From a virus: 64,000 bases of DNA. Position numbers and translations under genes: made by a program. The notes beneath the pieces are model-generated. The model was not told the origin of the DNA, did not search any database, and worked only from the letters and a program-made list of their open reading frames with translations. Below are positions 24,868-34,896 of this stretch, piece by piece. Location of the stretch: IMG/VR virus record IMGVR_UViG_3300045988_165974, positions 64,001 through 128,000 of that record. One strand, written 5' to 3'. Each line of letters begins with the position of its first letter. Positions within the stretch are counted from its first letter, which is position 1.

Positions 24868-25815
24868 TTGGCTAAAATAAAATTTAATGAAGTAGTTATA
24901 TCTGGGGAAGTTCTTGATTTATTTAATCCAAGAATAACTCCAATTAAATCTAAAGATGCAGATGGAGTTGAATTTGACAATGAAATGTTATCATATCAAA
25001 TTCAAGTAGAAACAGGAAAAGACGAAAGTAAAGTTGTTGATATTAATTCAAGAAAATTTAACTTTGACGGAACACCTTCTCAAGATTATATGAGAAAGAA
25101 AACTTTAGGGAATGACCTAGAAACTAGAGCAGAAAATGAAGAAGGTGGAGAATTAGTTAGATGTACAGGTTCTTTAATAGGAAATGTTTACTACAATAAA
25201 GAGGGCGAATTAGTGCAAGGATATAGAATAGACTGCCAATTCTGTAATAGAAAATCAGACAGTAAATTCAATATCTATAAAACTCAAAACTGGAAAGCAT
25301 ATGCTCTTATAAAAGAAATTGTAGAAATGGAAGATTCTCTAAACGGACAACCTTATTTATTAGTTACTTTAGCTATAAACAAATGGGTTAAAAAAGACAG
25401 AACAAATGCTGCTTGGAGTATAGTTAAAGCTAGAACTTATGACAATATAGAAGTATTCAAAAAAATGTATAAAGTTGGAGATGTAGCTTTCTTTAAAGGA
25501 AAATTTAGTTCTCATATGGTAGAAGAAACAGGTGCATTTGGTGAATGTAACACTAGGAAAACAGAATCCTTTTTAGAAATAAAAGGAGGGAAACCACCTG
25601 TACAAGAAACTCTTGAAAATGGAGAATTTTCTATATTAGATAAAGAAATATGTTCAGATGAAAAATATCCTTTTACAAAAGAACTTGTTGAAATACAAGA
25701 AAAAGCCTATGAAGAAGAATTAGCTAGAGCTAAAGAGAAATGGGTTAAGAAGAAACAAGAAGAAGTAGACACATCATCACAAATGGAAATAACTGACGAT
25801 GACATACCATTCTAG
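24868..25815 (+). CDS. ssb: SSB-like protein (long form) with canonical acidic tip
   Basis: The C-terminus ends ...EITDDDIPF, the DDDIPF interaction tip of bacterial SSB. TTG start after GGGAG. Confidence 0.55.
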   Translation: MAKIKFNEVVISGEVLDLFNPRITPIKSKDADGVEFDNEMLSYQIQVETGKDESKVVDINSRKFNFDGTPSQDYMRKKTLGNDLETRAENEEGGELVRCTGSLIGNVYYNKEGELVQGYRIDCQFCNRKSDSKFNIYKTQNWKAYALIKEIVEMEDSLNGQPYLLVTLAINKWVKKDRTNAAWSIVKARTYDNIEVFKKMYKVGDVAFFKGKFSSHMVEETGAFGECNTRKTESFLEIKGGKPPVQETLENGEFSILDKEICSDEKYPFTKELVEIQEKAYEEELARAKEKWVKKKQEEVDTSSQMEITDDDIPF

Positions 25816-25862
25816 GAAGGGTTTTAACAGTTAAATAAAATATATAAATATCTATAAATATA

Positions 25863-25891
25863 TTGTAAAATTTTATAGATTTCGATATAAT
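25863..25891 (+). promoter_or_regulatory. promoter inside the IS607 left end
   Basis: TTGTAA, 17-nt spacer, TATAAT. Confidence 0.5.
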
Positions 25892-25911
25892 ACTATTGAG
25901 GTGATAAATAA

Positions 25912-26538
25912 ATGAAATATTACTCAATAGGAGAATTTGCGAACCAAATAGGCAAGACGGTTCAAACACTTAGAAATTGGGATAATAAAGGAACTTTAAA
26001 ACCGCATCATGTAACAGTAGGCGGAACAAGGTATTATTCTCAAGAACAACTTAATCATTTCTTAGGACTTAAAAATATGGAATCTAAAAATAAAAAAATT
26101 ATTGGTTATTGCAGAGTTAGTTCTTATAAACAAAAAGACGACCTTGAAAGGCAAATTGAAAATGTAAAAACATATATGTATGCAAAAGGTTATCAATTCG
26201 AGATTATTTCTGATATTGGAAGTGGAATAAACTATAATAAAAAAGGATTAAATCAATTAATAGATATGATTACTAATTCAGAAATAGATAAGATAGTAGT
26301 CCTTCATAAAGATAGATTAATTAGATTTGGATATGAATTAATAAAAAATCTTTGTGATAAGTATGGGACTACTATTGAAATTATAGATAATACCGAGAGG
26401 ACAGAAGAACAAGAATTAGTTGAAGATTTAATTCAGATAATCACTGTATTTAGCTGTAGACTTCAAGGTAAAAGAGCTAATAAAGCTAAGAAAATGATTA
26501 AGGAGTTGATAGAAGATGATACTTGCAAAGAAAGTTAG
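25912..26538 (+). CDS. tnpA: IS607-type TnpA (MerR-like HTH plus serine recombinase)
   Basis: HTH YSIGEFANQIGKTVQTLRNWDNKG. Catalytic region IIGYCRVSSYKQKDDLERQ. Confidence 0.85.
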   Translation: MKYYSIGEFANQIGKTVQTLRNWDNKGTLKPHHVTVGGTRYYSQEQLNHFLGLKNMESKNKKIIGYCRVSSYKQKDDLERQIENVKTYMYAKGYQFEIISDIGSGINYNKKGLNQLIDMITNSEIDKIVVLHKDRLIRFGYELIKNLCDKYGTTIEIIDNTERTEEQELVEDLIQIITVFSCRLQGKRANKAKKMIKELIEDDTCKES

Positions 26539-27631
26539 ATTGTGCCCAAGTGAACTACAAGAAGAAAAAATATGGCAATCAGTAGGGACTGCAAGATTTA
26601 TTTATAATTGGACTTTAAATAGGCAAGATGAAAATTATAAAGGTGGTGGTAAATTCATACCTGATAGTGTTCTTAGAAAAGAAATAACTCAATTAAAGAA
26701 AACTGACTTAAGTTGGTTAAATGAAGTATCTAATAATGTTGCAAAACAAGCTGTAAAAGATGCCTGTGATTCATATAAAAGATTCTTTAAAGGATTGTCA
26801 GGTAAACCTAGATTTAAAAGTAGAAAAAGAAGTAAGAAGTCTTTTTATCATGACAATGTTAAACTTAAAGTCAAGGATAATAAATTAGTTAAGATTGAAA
26901 AGATAGGTTGGATTAAAACTAATGAGCAACTATCTATTGGAGCTAAATATAGCAATCCAAGAATAAGTTATGATAACAAATATTGGTATTTATCAGTAGG
27001 TATAGAACAGGAAGAAATCCAAGAAGAATTAACAGATGCATCATTAGGAATAGATTTAGGATTGAAAAACTTAGCAATCTGTTCTGATGGCACAGTATAT
27101 AAAAATATAAATAAAACTTGTACAGTCAAAAAAATCGAAAAGAAACTAAAAAGATTACAAAGACAAATAAGTAGAAAGTATGAAAAAAATAAAAAAGGAA
27201 AGGAGTATGTCAAAACTAAAAATATTATAAAACTTGAAAAGCAGATACAACAGACACATAGAAGATTAGCTAATATTAGAAATAACTATCTTCATCAAAC
27301 TACTACAAGTATAGTGAAAACCAAACCATACAGAGTTGTAATAGAAGATTTAGCAGTTTCTGATATGATGAAAAATAAACATTTATCTGATGCTATAAGA
27401 AAACAAGGATTCTATGAATTTAGAAGACAACTTGAATACAAGTGCAATTTTAGAGGAATTAAGTTAGTCGTAGCAGATAGATTTTATCCATCGTCAAAAA
27501 TTTGTAGCCAATGTGGAGAGATTAAGAAGGATTTAAAGATATCCGATAGAGTATACAAGTGTAATTGTGGGCTTGTGATTGATAGAGATTTAAATGCAAG
27601 TATTAATCTTTCTAAATATAAATTAGCATAA
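26516..27631 (+). CDS. tnpB: TnpB (IS607-associated)
   Basis: RuvC triad contexts GIDLGLKNL, VVIEDLAVSDM and VIDRDLNASINL. Zn finger CSQCG...CNCG. Confidence 0.85.
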   Translation: MILAKKVRLCPSELQEEKIWQSVGTARFIYNWTLNRQDENYKGGGKFIPDSVLRKEITQLKKTDLSWLNEVSNNVAKQAVKDACDSYKRFFKGLSGKPRFKSRKRSKKSFYHDNVKLKVKDNKLVKIEKIGWIKTNEQLSIGAKYSNPRISYDNKYWYLSVGIEQEEIQEELTDASLGIDLGLKNLAICSDGTVYKNINKTCTVKKIEKKLKRLQRQISRKYEKNKKGKEYVKTKNIIKLEKQIQQTHRRLANIRNNYLHQTTTSIVKTKPYRVVIEDLAVSDMMKNKHLSDAIRKQGFYEFRRQLEYKCNFRGIKLVVADRFYPSSKICSQCGEIKKDLKISDRVYKCNCGLVIDRDLNASINLSKYKLA

Positions 27632-27792
27632 TATCATTAATAAGATAATGCTAATATGTAGGATGCGTTGTATCCAAATTTACGCCCTTGGAGAGTTATA
27701 TCAAACGAAAGTAGGTTGTTATTTATAATTTCCAAAATCGAATTCGTAGAACAGGGAATTAAACAAGATTTATAGATATTTATAGATTTTTG
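27632..27792 (+). ncRNA. putative omega-RNA region of the IS607 TnpB
   Basis: Non-coding tail 3' of tnpB. It begins with TGTAGGATGCG...AAATTTACGCCCTTGGAGA, which parallels GTAGGTATGTACC...GAATTTACGACTGTGGA of the other TnpB. Confidence 0.4.
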
Positions 27793-27806
27793 GCAACGGA
27801 GTAAAT

Positions 27807-28424
27807 ATGGAAGAAATAAAAGAAACACAAGTTGTTAATGAAGAATTAGAAAGCCTAAAAAAAGAAAAAGAAGCAACACTTAAAAGATTGACTGTTTTAT
27901 CACAAGAAAATGAAATGTTGAGTTCTATAATAGAAGATTATCAAAAAGAATCGGGAGTTAAATTCAATCTTAACAAAGGAAAATTACTTCCTGCTTTGGT
28001 AGCTACACAAATGGAATTAAAAGAGGTTGAAAAAAGTAGTGAAAACCCTTTCTTCAATTCTAGTTATGCAGATTTATCTACGATAATAAAAGAGACAAGA
28101 CCAATCCTAGCAAAACATGGCTTAGTAGTCGTACAAGCTCCGATTAATGGTAAAATGGGATTAGATAAGAAACCAACACTTACAGTAAAAACAATTCTTT
28201 TCCATGAGGATGGAGAATTTATAGAATATGATTCAACTACCTTTGCTCCAAAAAACCCAGCAGATATACAGGCTTGGGGTTCTGCTATGACTTATTTAAA
28301 ACGTTATACTTTGCAATCATTATTATGCATTTCTTTCAAAGTAGAGGACGATGACGGAAATTCAAATAGTGGAAAATCACCAGTTAAAGCTACTCCAACA
28401 AAGACAAAAGGTAATAGACTATAG
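27807..28424 (+). CDS. ERF-family single-strand annealing protein
   Basis: NPFFNSSYADLSTIIKETRPILAKHGLVVVQ matches the ERF core. Confidence 0.7.
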   Translation: MEEIKETQVVNEELESLKKEKEATLKRLTVLSQENEMLSSIIEDYQKESGVKFNLNKGKLLPALVATQMELKEVEKSSENPFFNSSYADLSTIIKETRPILAKHGLVVVQAPINGKMGLDKKPTLTVKTILFHEDGEFIEYDSTTFAPKNPADIQAWGSAMTYLKRYTLQSLLCISFKVEDDDGNSNSGKSPVKATPTKTKGNRL

Positions 28425-28435
28425 AAAAGGAATAG

Positions 28436-28999
28436 GTGAGCTTTCGGGTTCGCCTATTTTTTATGGCTAGAACTGTTAAATGTAAATATTGTAATAAAAA
28501 AATTTTAAATACAGAGGCTTTTAAGCAAGAAGTTTCTGTAGGGAGTAAAACTCAAAACTGGTATTTTTGCAATAAAGAAGAGGCAAGACAGTATAGAATA
28601 GATTTAGACACATGGAAAACTATCATGTTTGCACTTGATGTCTTAGCAAAAGACAAAATAGCACATAGCAGTAAAGCAAAGAAAATGAATGATATTTTGA
28701 ATCAAGGTTACACAAAAACAGATATATATTGTTGTTTAGTTGAAATGGTTAATGATATTTATCTTGAAAGTAAAATGAAGTATGACATAGAGACACCTTA
28801 TCAAAAATTGTGTTATCTTAGTGCAGTAATAGAAAACAACATAGCTAGGATTCACAAAGATAATACTAGAGCAGATATGGAGCAGCAATATACTCCAACT
28901 GTAGAAGTTTTTAAAGAGCAAACAAAGGTAAAAAATAATAGAAGAAAAACATTGAGGGATAAAATAAATGAAAAACTTCAAGATAATAACAAAGAATAG
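28436..28999 (+). CDS. hypothetical Zn-finger protein (possible helicase loader/organiser)
   Basis: ORF track (GTG start). An alternative ATG at 28466 gives MARTVKCKYCNKK. Positioned just upstream of the helicase. Confidence 0.5.
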   Translation: MSFRVRLFFMARTVKCKYCNKKILNTEAFKQEVSVGSKTQNWYFCNKEEARQYRIDLDTWKTIMFALDVLAKDKIAHSSKAKKMNDILNQGYTKTDIYCCLVEMVNDIYLESKMKYDIETPYQKLCYLSAVIENNIARIHKDNTRADMEQQYTPTVEVFKEQTKVKNNRRKTLRDKINEKLQDNNKE

Positions 29000-30548
29000 A
29001 AAACAAATAGAATCTCTTGTCTTAGGAGGTTTCTTAAGCAACTTAGATTTTTATGGAACTTACAATAAAATAAGTGACAAAGATTTTAGAATTGAAGAAA
29101 TTAAATTCTTTTTTAACATAGCAAAAACTATCAGTAAAAAATATAAAGAATTAGATGAATTTAGCATCATGGAATTAATTTCAGGGAACAAAGAATCTAA
29201 GATTAAATATGAAAAATATGGTGGTTGGGATGCAATAGAAGAATATATAGATAACTCAAATCCAAACAATATAGATGCATATATAGATAATTTAGCAAAA
29301 AATAATTATTTATTATATTTAGATGAAAAAGGCATTGATTTAGTTGAAGAAATTGAAATAGAGGGAACTATGATTTCTCCTTTAGATTTATTTTCTACAT
29401 GGACTTGTGCAGAAGTTGGAGCTTTTTACGAAGGAATAGTTGCAAAAGGAGAAGTTCAATCTATTAATAAAAAATACAAAAGAGAAAGTCTTCTGTTTAG
29501 TGATGAAGAAATAATAAACTTGCAAGATAAAGTCGAAGCAGGAACTCCATACAATGTCATATTTGAATATACAGACAAAGAAATCGGGATGGGAGATTCA
29601 GAAGAGCCAAGATATATTTATGGACTTCCTCTTACTTCTAATAAAACATCAGGAATGGGCAAAGGTGGAGGAGTTTCTTTTATAGCTGGTTATTCAGGTA
29701 TAGGGAAATCAACTTTAACTTTCATTGATATTATTCTACCGCTTATCTATCAAGGAGAGAAAATAGTTATGTTCTCCAATGAACAAGGCTCTTTATATTT
29801 TAAGACTATCTTATATTCATTTGTAGCTTATAATGTATTTGGATATAAAAACCTAAGAAGAAGTGACATTGTTAATGGAGAATTTGATGCCGAAAGTCTT
29901 GAAATTATGAAAAAAGTTAAAAAATTCCTTCAAGATAGAGAATATGACGAACTATTGACTTTTTATGAGTTAGAAGACTTTGACATTAGTGAAATTCTAA
30001 AAGTAGCAACAAGTTTAGTAACTCATGAAGGATATACTGGAATACTGGTAGATACTTTCAAAAGTGAAGATATGGCAGATGCACAATATGTTGGAAAAAT
30101 ATTAGAAAATGCGAAACAAATAGATAAATTTGGAAATAAATATAAAATATTAACTTTTTTAACTATGCAATTAACTCCCGCTACTACTGATAAAAACGCT
30201 TATTTGACCGTAGGAGAGCTTTCTGAATGTAAGGCAATAGTTACTGTGGCAGATTTATTATTTCTCGTTAGAAGGGTAATAAACGACTTAGAACTAGATG
30301 AAAAAAATAAAAAATATTATTTAAATCCATATAGGCTTAAATACAACGAAGCAACAGAAGAATATGAAAGAGAATATATACAATTTGATGAAGAAGATTT
30401 AAAGAAAGACTATAGACTTGTATTTCTTACAAAATCACGAAGAGGGGGAGATGGAATGATTATTTTATTAAGATTCAATGGGACAACAGGCTGGTTTAAA
30501 GAAATTGGCTATGTTAGTCATGTATATAGAGGGCCACTTAGTTATTGA
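28968..30548 (+). CDS. dnaB: DnaB-like replicative helicase
   Basis: Walker A GYSGIGKSTL in the C-terminal RecA-like domain; long N-terminal domain. Confidence 0.75.
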   Translation: MKNFKIITKNRKQIESLVLGGFLSNLDFYGTYNKISDKDFRIEEIKFFFNIAKTISKKYKELDEFSIMELISGNKESKIKYEKYGGWDAIEEYIDNSNPNNIDAYIDNLAKNNYLLYLDEKGIDLVEEIEIEGTMISPLDLFSTWTCAEVGAFYEGIVAKGEVQSINKKYKRESLLFSDEEIINLQDKVEAGTPYNVIFEYTDKEIGMGDSEEPRYIYGLPLTSNKTSGMGKGGGVSFIAGYSGIGKSTLTFIDIILPLIYQGEKIVMFSNEQGSLYFKTILYSFVAYNVFGYKNLRRSDIVNGEFDAESLEIMKKVKKFLQDREYDELLTFYELEDFDISEILKVATSLVTHEGYTGILVDTFKSEDMADAQYVGKILENAKQIDKFGNKYKILTFLTMQLTPATTDKNAYLTVGELSECKAIVTVADLLFLVRRVINDLELDEKNKKYYLNPYRLKYNEATEEYEREYIQFDEEDLKKDYRLVFLTKSRRGGDGMIILLRFNGTTGWFKEIGYVSHVYRGPLSY

Positions 30549-31621
30549 TTGAACAAATAATAAATTCCTTCTCAAGTAACGATATCGTTAACTTCATGAA
30601 AATAGTCTTTGATGCCGACATTTTATTTGAAAATAACGAGAGATTAGTCTTTTCTACAGAAGTTTGTCATGGTGGAGATAGCCATAACTTAGTTTATTTT
30701 AAAAGTAATCATCTTTTCTTTTGTAGGACTCATTGTAATAATATCGGGTCACTTCTTGATTTAGTTATGAAAAATAAAAACTGTAATGAATCTGCTGCTA
30801 CTGATATTATATTAGAATTTGTAAATCTTAGAAGAGAAGGTTATGAGTTTGATTTTGATTCAAGTATAGAGAATGTTGAAAAACAAACTGTAGACGACAT
30901 TGAGATAGAATTTTTACCTACAATAGATAAACCATTCCTTCATAGAATATTTAGTAACAGAACTATTAAGTGTTGGGAATCTGAATTCATTACAAAAGAA
31001 ACTATGCAAAAATATGAAATAAGATATGACATAGAACGTAATCAAATTATAATTCCACACTTTTGTTGGAACTCTCGACATAGAGTGGTAGGGATTAGAG
31101 TTCGAAATTTAGATTCTAAGGTATCTGAAAAATATGGAAAGTATATTCCTTTGACTTATCATGGAGTATCTTATAATCATGCATTATCAAAGAATTTATA
31201 TGGATTTAATTTTAATAAAAAGTTCATTAAAAAAAAGAAAAAGGTAATTATTTTTGAAGGTGAGAAATCTGTTTTACAGATGGATTCATTTTATAGAGAT
31301 AAAAATTTAGCAGTAGCAGTTTGTGGAAGTGCTTTAAATATTTTTCAAAAGAAAATTCTTATAGACAATGGAGTTAAAGATATTACAATAGCTTTTGATA
31401 AGCAATTTCAAAAAACGGGGGACGAAGAATATTATATTTGGAAAGAAAAAATAAAGAAAATTACAATGGACTTAAGAGGGATTGTTGATGTTTATGTTAT
31501 TTGGGATACCAATAATATCCTCGATTATAAGGATAGTCCATCAGATAAAGGTAAGAAAATATTTGAACAATTGTACAAAGAAAGAATCAGATTGGAGGAT
31601 TTTTATGAGCAAGAGCTTTAA
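30545..31621 (+). CDS. dnaG: DnaG-like primase (Zn finger plus TOPRIM)
   Basis: CHGGDSHNLVYF...FFCRTHC Zn-binding motif. IIFEGEKSVLQ (TOPRIM Glu). ITIAFDKQ (DxD-like). Confidence 0.7.
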   Translation: MIEQIINSFSSNDIVNFMKIVFDADILFENNERLVFSTEVCHGGDSHNLVYFKSNHLFFCRTHCNNIGSLLDLVMKNKNCNESAATDIILEFVNLRREGYEFDFDSSIENVEKQTVDDIEIEFLPTIDKPFLHRIFSNRTIKCWESEFITKETMQKYEIRYDIERNQIIIPHFCWNSRHRVVGIRVRNLDSKVSEKYGKYIPLTYHGVSYNHALSKNLYGFNFNKKFIKKKKKVIIFEGEKSVLQMDSFYRDKNLAVAVCGSALNIFQKKILIDNGVKDITIAFDKQFQKTGDEEYYIWKEKIKKITMDLRGIVDVYVIWDTNNILDYKDSPSDKGKKIFEQLYKERIRLEDFYEQEL

Positions 31622-31925
31622 GAAAATACCAATTTGTCTTGATAAAACAGGAAAGAAATATAAAAAATTAAGTAATAAAATCATTAGACGATATAATAGA
31701 GAGCTTGTACAAAATCTCCACTTAAACAACTATGATACAGATGATTATATTGGATTTTATGTAAAGGAAATTCCAAACGGAAATACATATAAACATGTGT
31801 TTCAAAGTTGGGATATTTGTGATTGGAAGATTGAAATATCTTTTGAGGAATATCTTGATTTTTGGAATATAGAATCCAATAAAGAGTCTTATAGGGATTG
31901 GTATACGAGATATATCATGAAATAG
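31605..31925 (+). CDS. hypothetical basic protein
   Basis: ATG with a GGAGGA RBS, within track ORF 31482..31925. Confidence 0.5.
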   Translation: MSKSFKKIPICLDKTGKKYKKLSNKIIRRYNRELVQNLHLNNYDTDDYIGFYVKEIPNGNTYKHVFQSWDICDWKIEISFEEYLDFWNIESNKESYRDWYTRYIMK

Positions 31926-31956
31926 TTGACAAACTTAAACGGAAAGGAAATAAAAA

Positions 31957-32616
31957 ATGTATAATTATAAGTATGCTAGAATTATAGATTCTCTATGTAC
32001 AAGACCAACATATACTGAATTTATTAGTAAATATTTTAAAGAATGGCTTCCTTCATTCTCTTATGATAAATTACCTGAAAACGGAGAAAAAGTTGTTGTC
32101 TTAGGGAGTCAAGTAGAGGAAAATACAGAAGAATTGATTTATTTAGTTAGAAGTATTTTTACAGGGAATGTTTATCTAATAGACGATGAAGGAATTGACT
32201 TTACAAATATAAAAGATTTCTTATGTCCAGGAATGAATATACAGTTAAAAAATGGAATTTGGTATTTCATTTCGCACAATAAAGAATCTCTTATAAAAGA
32301 GAAAAATTATAGAATCCCATTAAAGTCATATGATTCAAATTTAAGCCATATAGAAGGAATGGAACAATGGGATATATCATCTGTAGTTATTAATTTAAAT
32401 GGCACTACATGGCGAATATGGGAACGAAAAAAGGTAGATTGGAGTAAAGTTCCAAAAGACACAAGAGTATTTGTAAGAGATTCTACAGATAAAGAATGGA
32501 AGAAAGCTCATTTTGCTCTTTATGATAAAGGAACTTTTTATGTTTATCAAGAAGGAATGTCTTCTTGGACGACAGAGAAAATTCATCCATACAGATATTG
32601 CGAGTTAGCAAAATAA
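31957..32616 (+). CDS. hypothetical protein; C-terminal domain shared with 38456..38800
   Basis: VDWSKVPKDTRVFVRD...YQEGMSSWTT compared with IDWTKVPVDAKILVRE...FQLGMDSWTT. Confidence 0.55.
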   Translation: MYNYKYARIIDSLCTRPTYTEFISKYFKEWLPSFSYDKLPENGEKVVVLGSQVEENTEELIYLVRSIFTGNVYLIDDEGIDFTNIKDFLCPGMNIQLKNGIWYFISHNKESLIKEKNYRIPLKSYDSNLSHIEGMEQWDISSVVINLNGTTWRIWERKKVDWSKVPKDTRVFVRDSTDKEWKKAHFALYDKGTFYVYQEGMSSWTTEKIHPYRYCELAK

Positions 32617-32623
32617 TGCAATC

Positions 32624-32660
32624 AAGACTATTGGATTATTTCTAATAGTCTTATTTTATT
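32624..32660 (+). terminator. rho-independent terminator
   Basis: Stem agactatt/aatagtct followed by a T-rich tract. Confidence 0.6.
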
Positions 32661-32672
32661 TCCAAAAATTAG

Positions 32673-32701
32673 TTGACATACTAATATAAAAAATATATAA
32701 T
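32673..32701 (+). promoter_or_regulatory. sigma-A type promoter directly abutting a start codon
   Basis: TTGACA, 17-nt spacer, TATAAT. Only 6 nt separate the -10 from ATG 32708, and there is no RBS. Confidence 0.65.
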
Positions 32702-32707
32702 TAAGAT

Positions 32708-34390
32708 ATGAAGATAAAGTTAAATAAAACAACAGAGGACATTAAAACAAACATGTTGACTAATCGAGGATTGACTGTAGAAGAAGTAAATAATCTTTTA
32801 AATCCAACTAAAAAAATGGTAGAAAGTATTTCTCATTATAATGTTGAAAAAGGGATTGATATGTATTTAAATTCAATAAAAAATAATGAATTAATTGCCA
32901 CTTTAGTAGATGTAGATGCAGATGGTTATTGTTCTTCTTCTATAGTATATCAAGTTACAACAGACGAATTTGGATATGAAAATATTGTTTATATACTTCA
33001 AGACGGCAAAACTCATGGACTTACAAGAAAGGTTGTAGATAAACTTCTAAATTCAGATGTAAAATTACTGATAATTCCAGATGCGGGTTCAGATAATATT
33101 AAATTATTAAAAGAAATTTCAACGCATGGTATTAGTGTACTGATACTGGACCATCATATAATTGAATTGCCAATGGATGAATTAAATAGTTTACATAATA
33201 TTGTTCTAGTAAACTGTCAGAATGGAATTGTAGAAAATAAATATCTATCAGGAACTGGAGTCACATATAAATTTTTTAGTGAAGTGGCTAAAAAACAAGG
33301 AATAAAGCTAAGAAGTAAATATTTAGACTTAGTTGCTCTTAGTCTTATTACAGATGTGTGTGATATGAAATTTAGTTTTGAAAATAGATATTATCTTTCT
33401 CAAGGTTCAAAAATAAGCAAAATAACTAATCCATTAATTGAACTTTTCAAAGAAAAACTTAAAAAGAAAAGCAAAGATAAGTTTTCTATTACAGAGTTTG
33501 GATTTGAAATAGGCCCAAAGATAAATGCAATTATACGATATGGGACATTAGAAGAAAAAGAAATTCTTTTTAATGCAATGATTGGAGTTGAAGAATTACT
33601 ACCAAATAAAAAGACATATCAACAAGAAACTTACACTATTGGTAGTAGATACCAAAGAATTCAAAGAGAATCCAGTAAAGAAATTATTCCATTACTCAAT
33701 GACATTGTAGAAGAGACAAAAGCAAATGAGAAACCTGTAATTTTTATAGATGGGACAGACATTGTTCCAAAGGAAATAAAAGGATTATTATGTAATAAAA
33801 TGCTTGATATATATAAAAAGCCAATTATGATTTCCACTTTAGATAATGGAATTTATAGTGGTAGCAGCAGAAGTATAAAAACAGAACAATTATCTGATTT
33901 TAAATCTTTTTGTGAAAAAAGTCAATTGTTTGAATGGGTTCGTGGACATAATAATGCACATGGACATAAGATTAAAAAAGAAAACATACCTAAATTTTTA
34001 GAATACTGTGACAATAATTTAGATATGCAAGAGTATCAAGAGGAAGTAGAAAATATTTATGTAAATGAAATACCTCTTGAAGATGTAGTAGAAATAGCTA
34101 ATTATGAAGAATTATGGTGCAATCAAATAGAACCACCAAAATACCTTCTTAAAGGAGTTTGTTTAACTCCTGAAAGCATAGTTAGAGCAGGAAGTTCAAC
34201 TTATAACATAATAATAGGAGATGTTAAATTTACTAAAGAATTTGGTTCTTTAGCTTGGTATAATGAAGTTTTAGATGAAATTTCAAAAACAGGATTATTA
34301 AATGTTGAACTTATTGTTGAATTTAGACAACAAAAGAATAAACAACCTTATGCAAAAATTATTGAATTGAGGTGGGAACATGAAAGTTAG
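32708..34390 (+). CDS. RecJ-like DHH-family exonuclease
   Basis: VDVDADGYCSS, IIPDAGS and LILDHH motifs. Confidence 0.7.
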   Translation: MKIKLNKTTEDIKTNMLTNRGLTVEEVNNLLNPTKKMVESISHYNVEKGIDMYLNSIKNNELIATLVDVDADGYCSSSIVYQVTTDEFGYENIVYILQDGKTHGLTRKVVDKLLNSDVKLLIIPDAGSDNIKLLKEISTHGISVLILDHHIIELPMDELNSLHNIVLVNCQNGIVENKYLSGTGVTYKFFSEVAKKQGIKLRSKYLDLVALSLITDVCDMKFSFENRYYLSQGSKISKITNPLIELFKEKLKKKSKDKFSITEFGFEIGPKINAIIRYGTLEEKEILFNAMIGVEELLPNKKTYQQETYTIGSRYQRIQRESSKEIIPLLNDIVEETKANEKPVIFIDGTDIVPKEIKGLLCNKMLDIYKKPIMISTLDNGIYSGSSRSIKTEQLSDFKSFCEKSQLFEWVRGHNNAHGHKIKKENIPKFLEYCDNNLDMQEYQEEVENIYVNEIPLEDVVEIANYEELWCNQIEPPKYLLKGVCLTPESIVRAGSSTYNIIIGDVKFTKEFGSLAWYNEVLDEISKTGLLNVELIVEFRQQKNKQPYAKIIELRWEHES

Positions 34391-34802
34391 AGCAATACAA
34401 AATGTTGCTTTTATCAAAAAAGGCGAAATATACGATGCAACAGTCAATCATTGGGGAAATTATAGTATTTCTATAGATGGAGTGAGTCGTAGTTTCTCTC
34501 CTAAGTGGTTTGAGAAAATAACAAGAAAGGAACAAAAGCAAATGAAAAATAATAACACTATTTATGAAATGCCGTCATATGTAACACTTCTTAGTGAAGG
34601 AGATGTAACTAAAGTTATATTTAACGAAGAAAAAGGAGTTACAGTTGTAAAACTTAATGATGGAACAAAAGCAACTGCAAGATGTAGTGAACATGATATA
34701 TTTTGTAGAGAAACAGGTTTTAGAGTTGCTTATGCAAAGGCAGAAATAAAACAACTTAAAAAAATGATAAAAGACAGAGAAGAATTTATAGCAAGAGTTT
34801 AA
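34380..34802 (+). CDS. hypothetical protein
   Basis: ORF track; overlaps the upstream stop codon. Confidence 0.55.
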   Translation: MKVRAIQNVAFIKKGEIYDATVNHWGNYSISIDGVSRSFSPKWFEKITRKEQKQMKNNNTIYEMPSYVTLLSEGDVTKVIFNEEKGVTVVKLNDGTKATARCSEHDIFCRETGFRVAYAKAEIKQLKKMIKDREEFIARV

Positions 34803-34896
34803 AACTCAATAGAAAAATAAAAGTTGCCAACTGTCTATTGAGTTAATATAAAAAAGGTATGTGGATGTTTTAAATAGCTACATACCTTTAATCGTA

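Larger units (their letters stand above)
25820..27792 (+). mobile_element. IS607-family element (serine recombinase tnpA plus tnpB)
   Basis: tnpA and tnpB overlap. The sub-terminal repeat TTTATAGAT occurs at 25872-25881 and 27769-27790, with an inverted copy at 25847-25860. Ends are approximate. Confidence 0.6.

Noticed and set aside
31926-31956. TTGACA at 31926 and TTGACT at 54724 as additional family promoters
   Set aside because: No acceptable -10 hexamer lies at 17-nt spacing (AATAAA and TACAGG), so these are probably chance matches or decayed copies.
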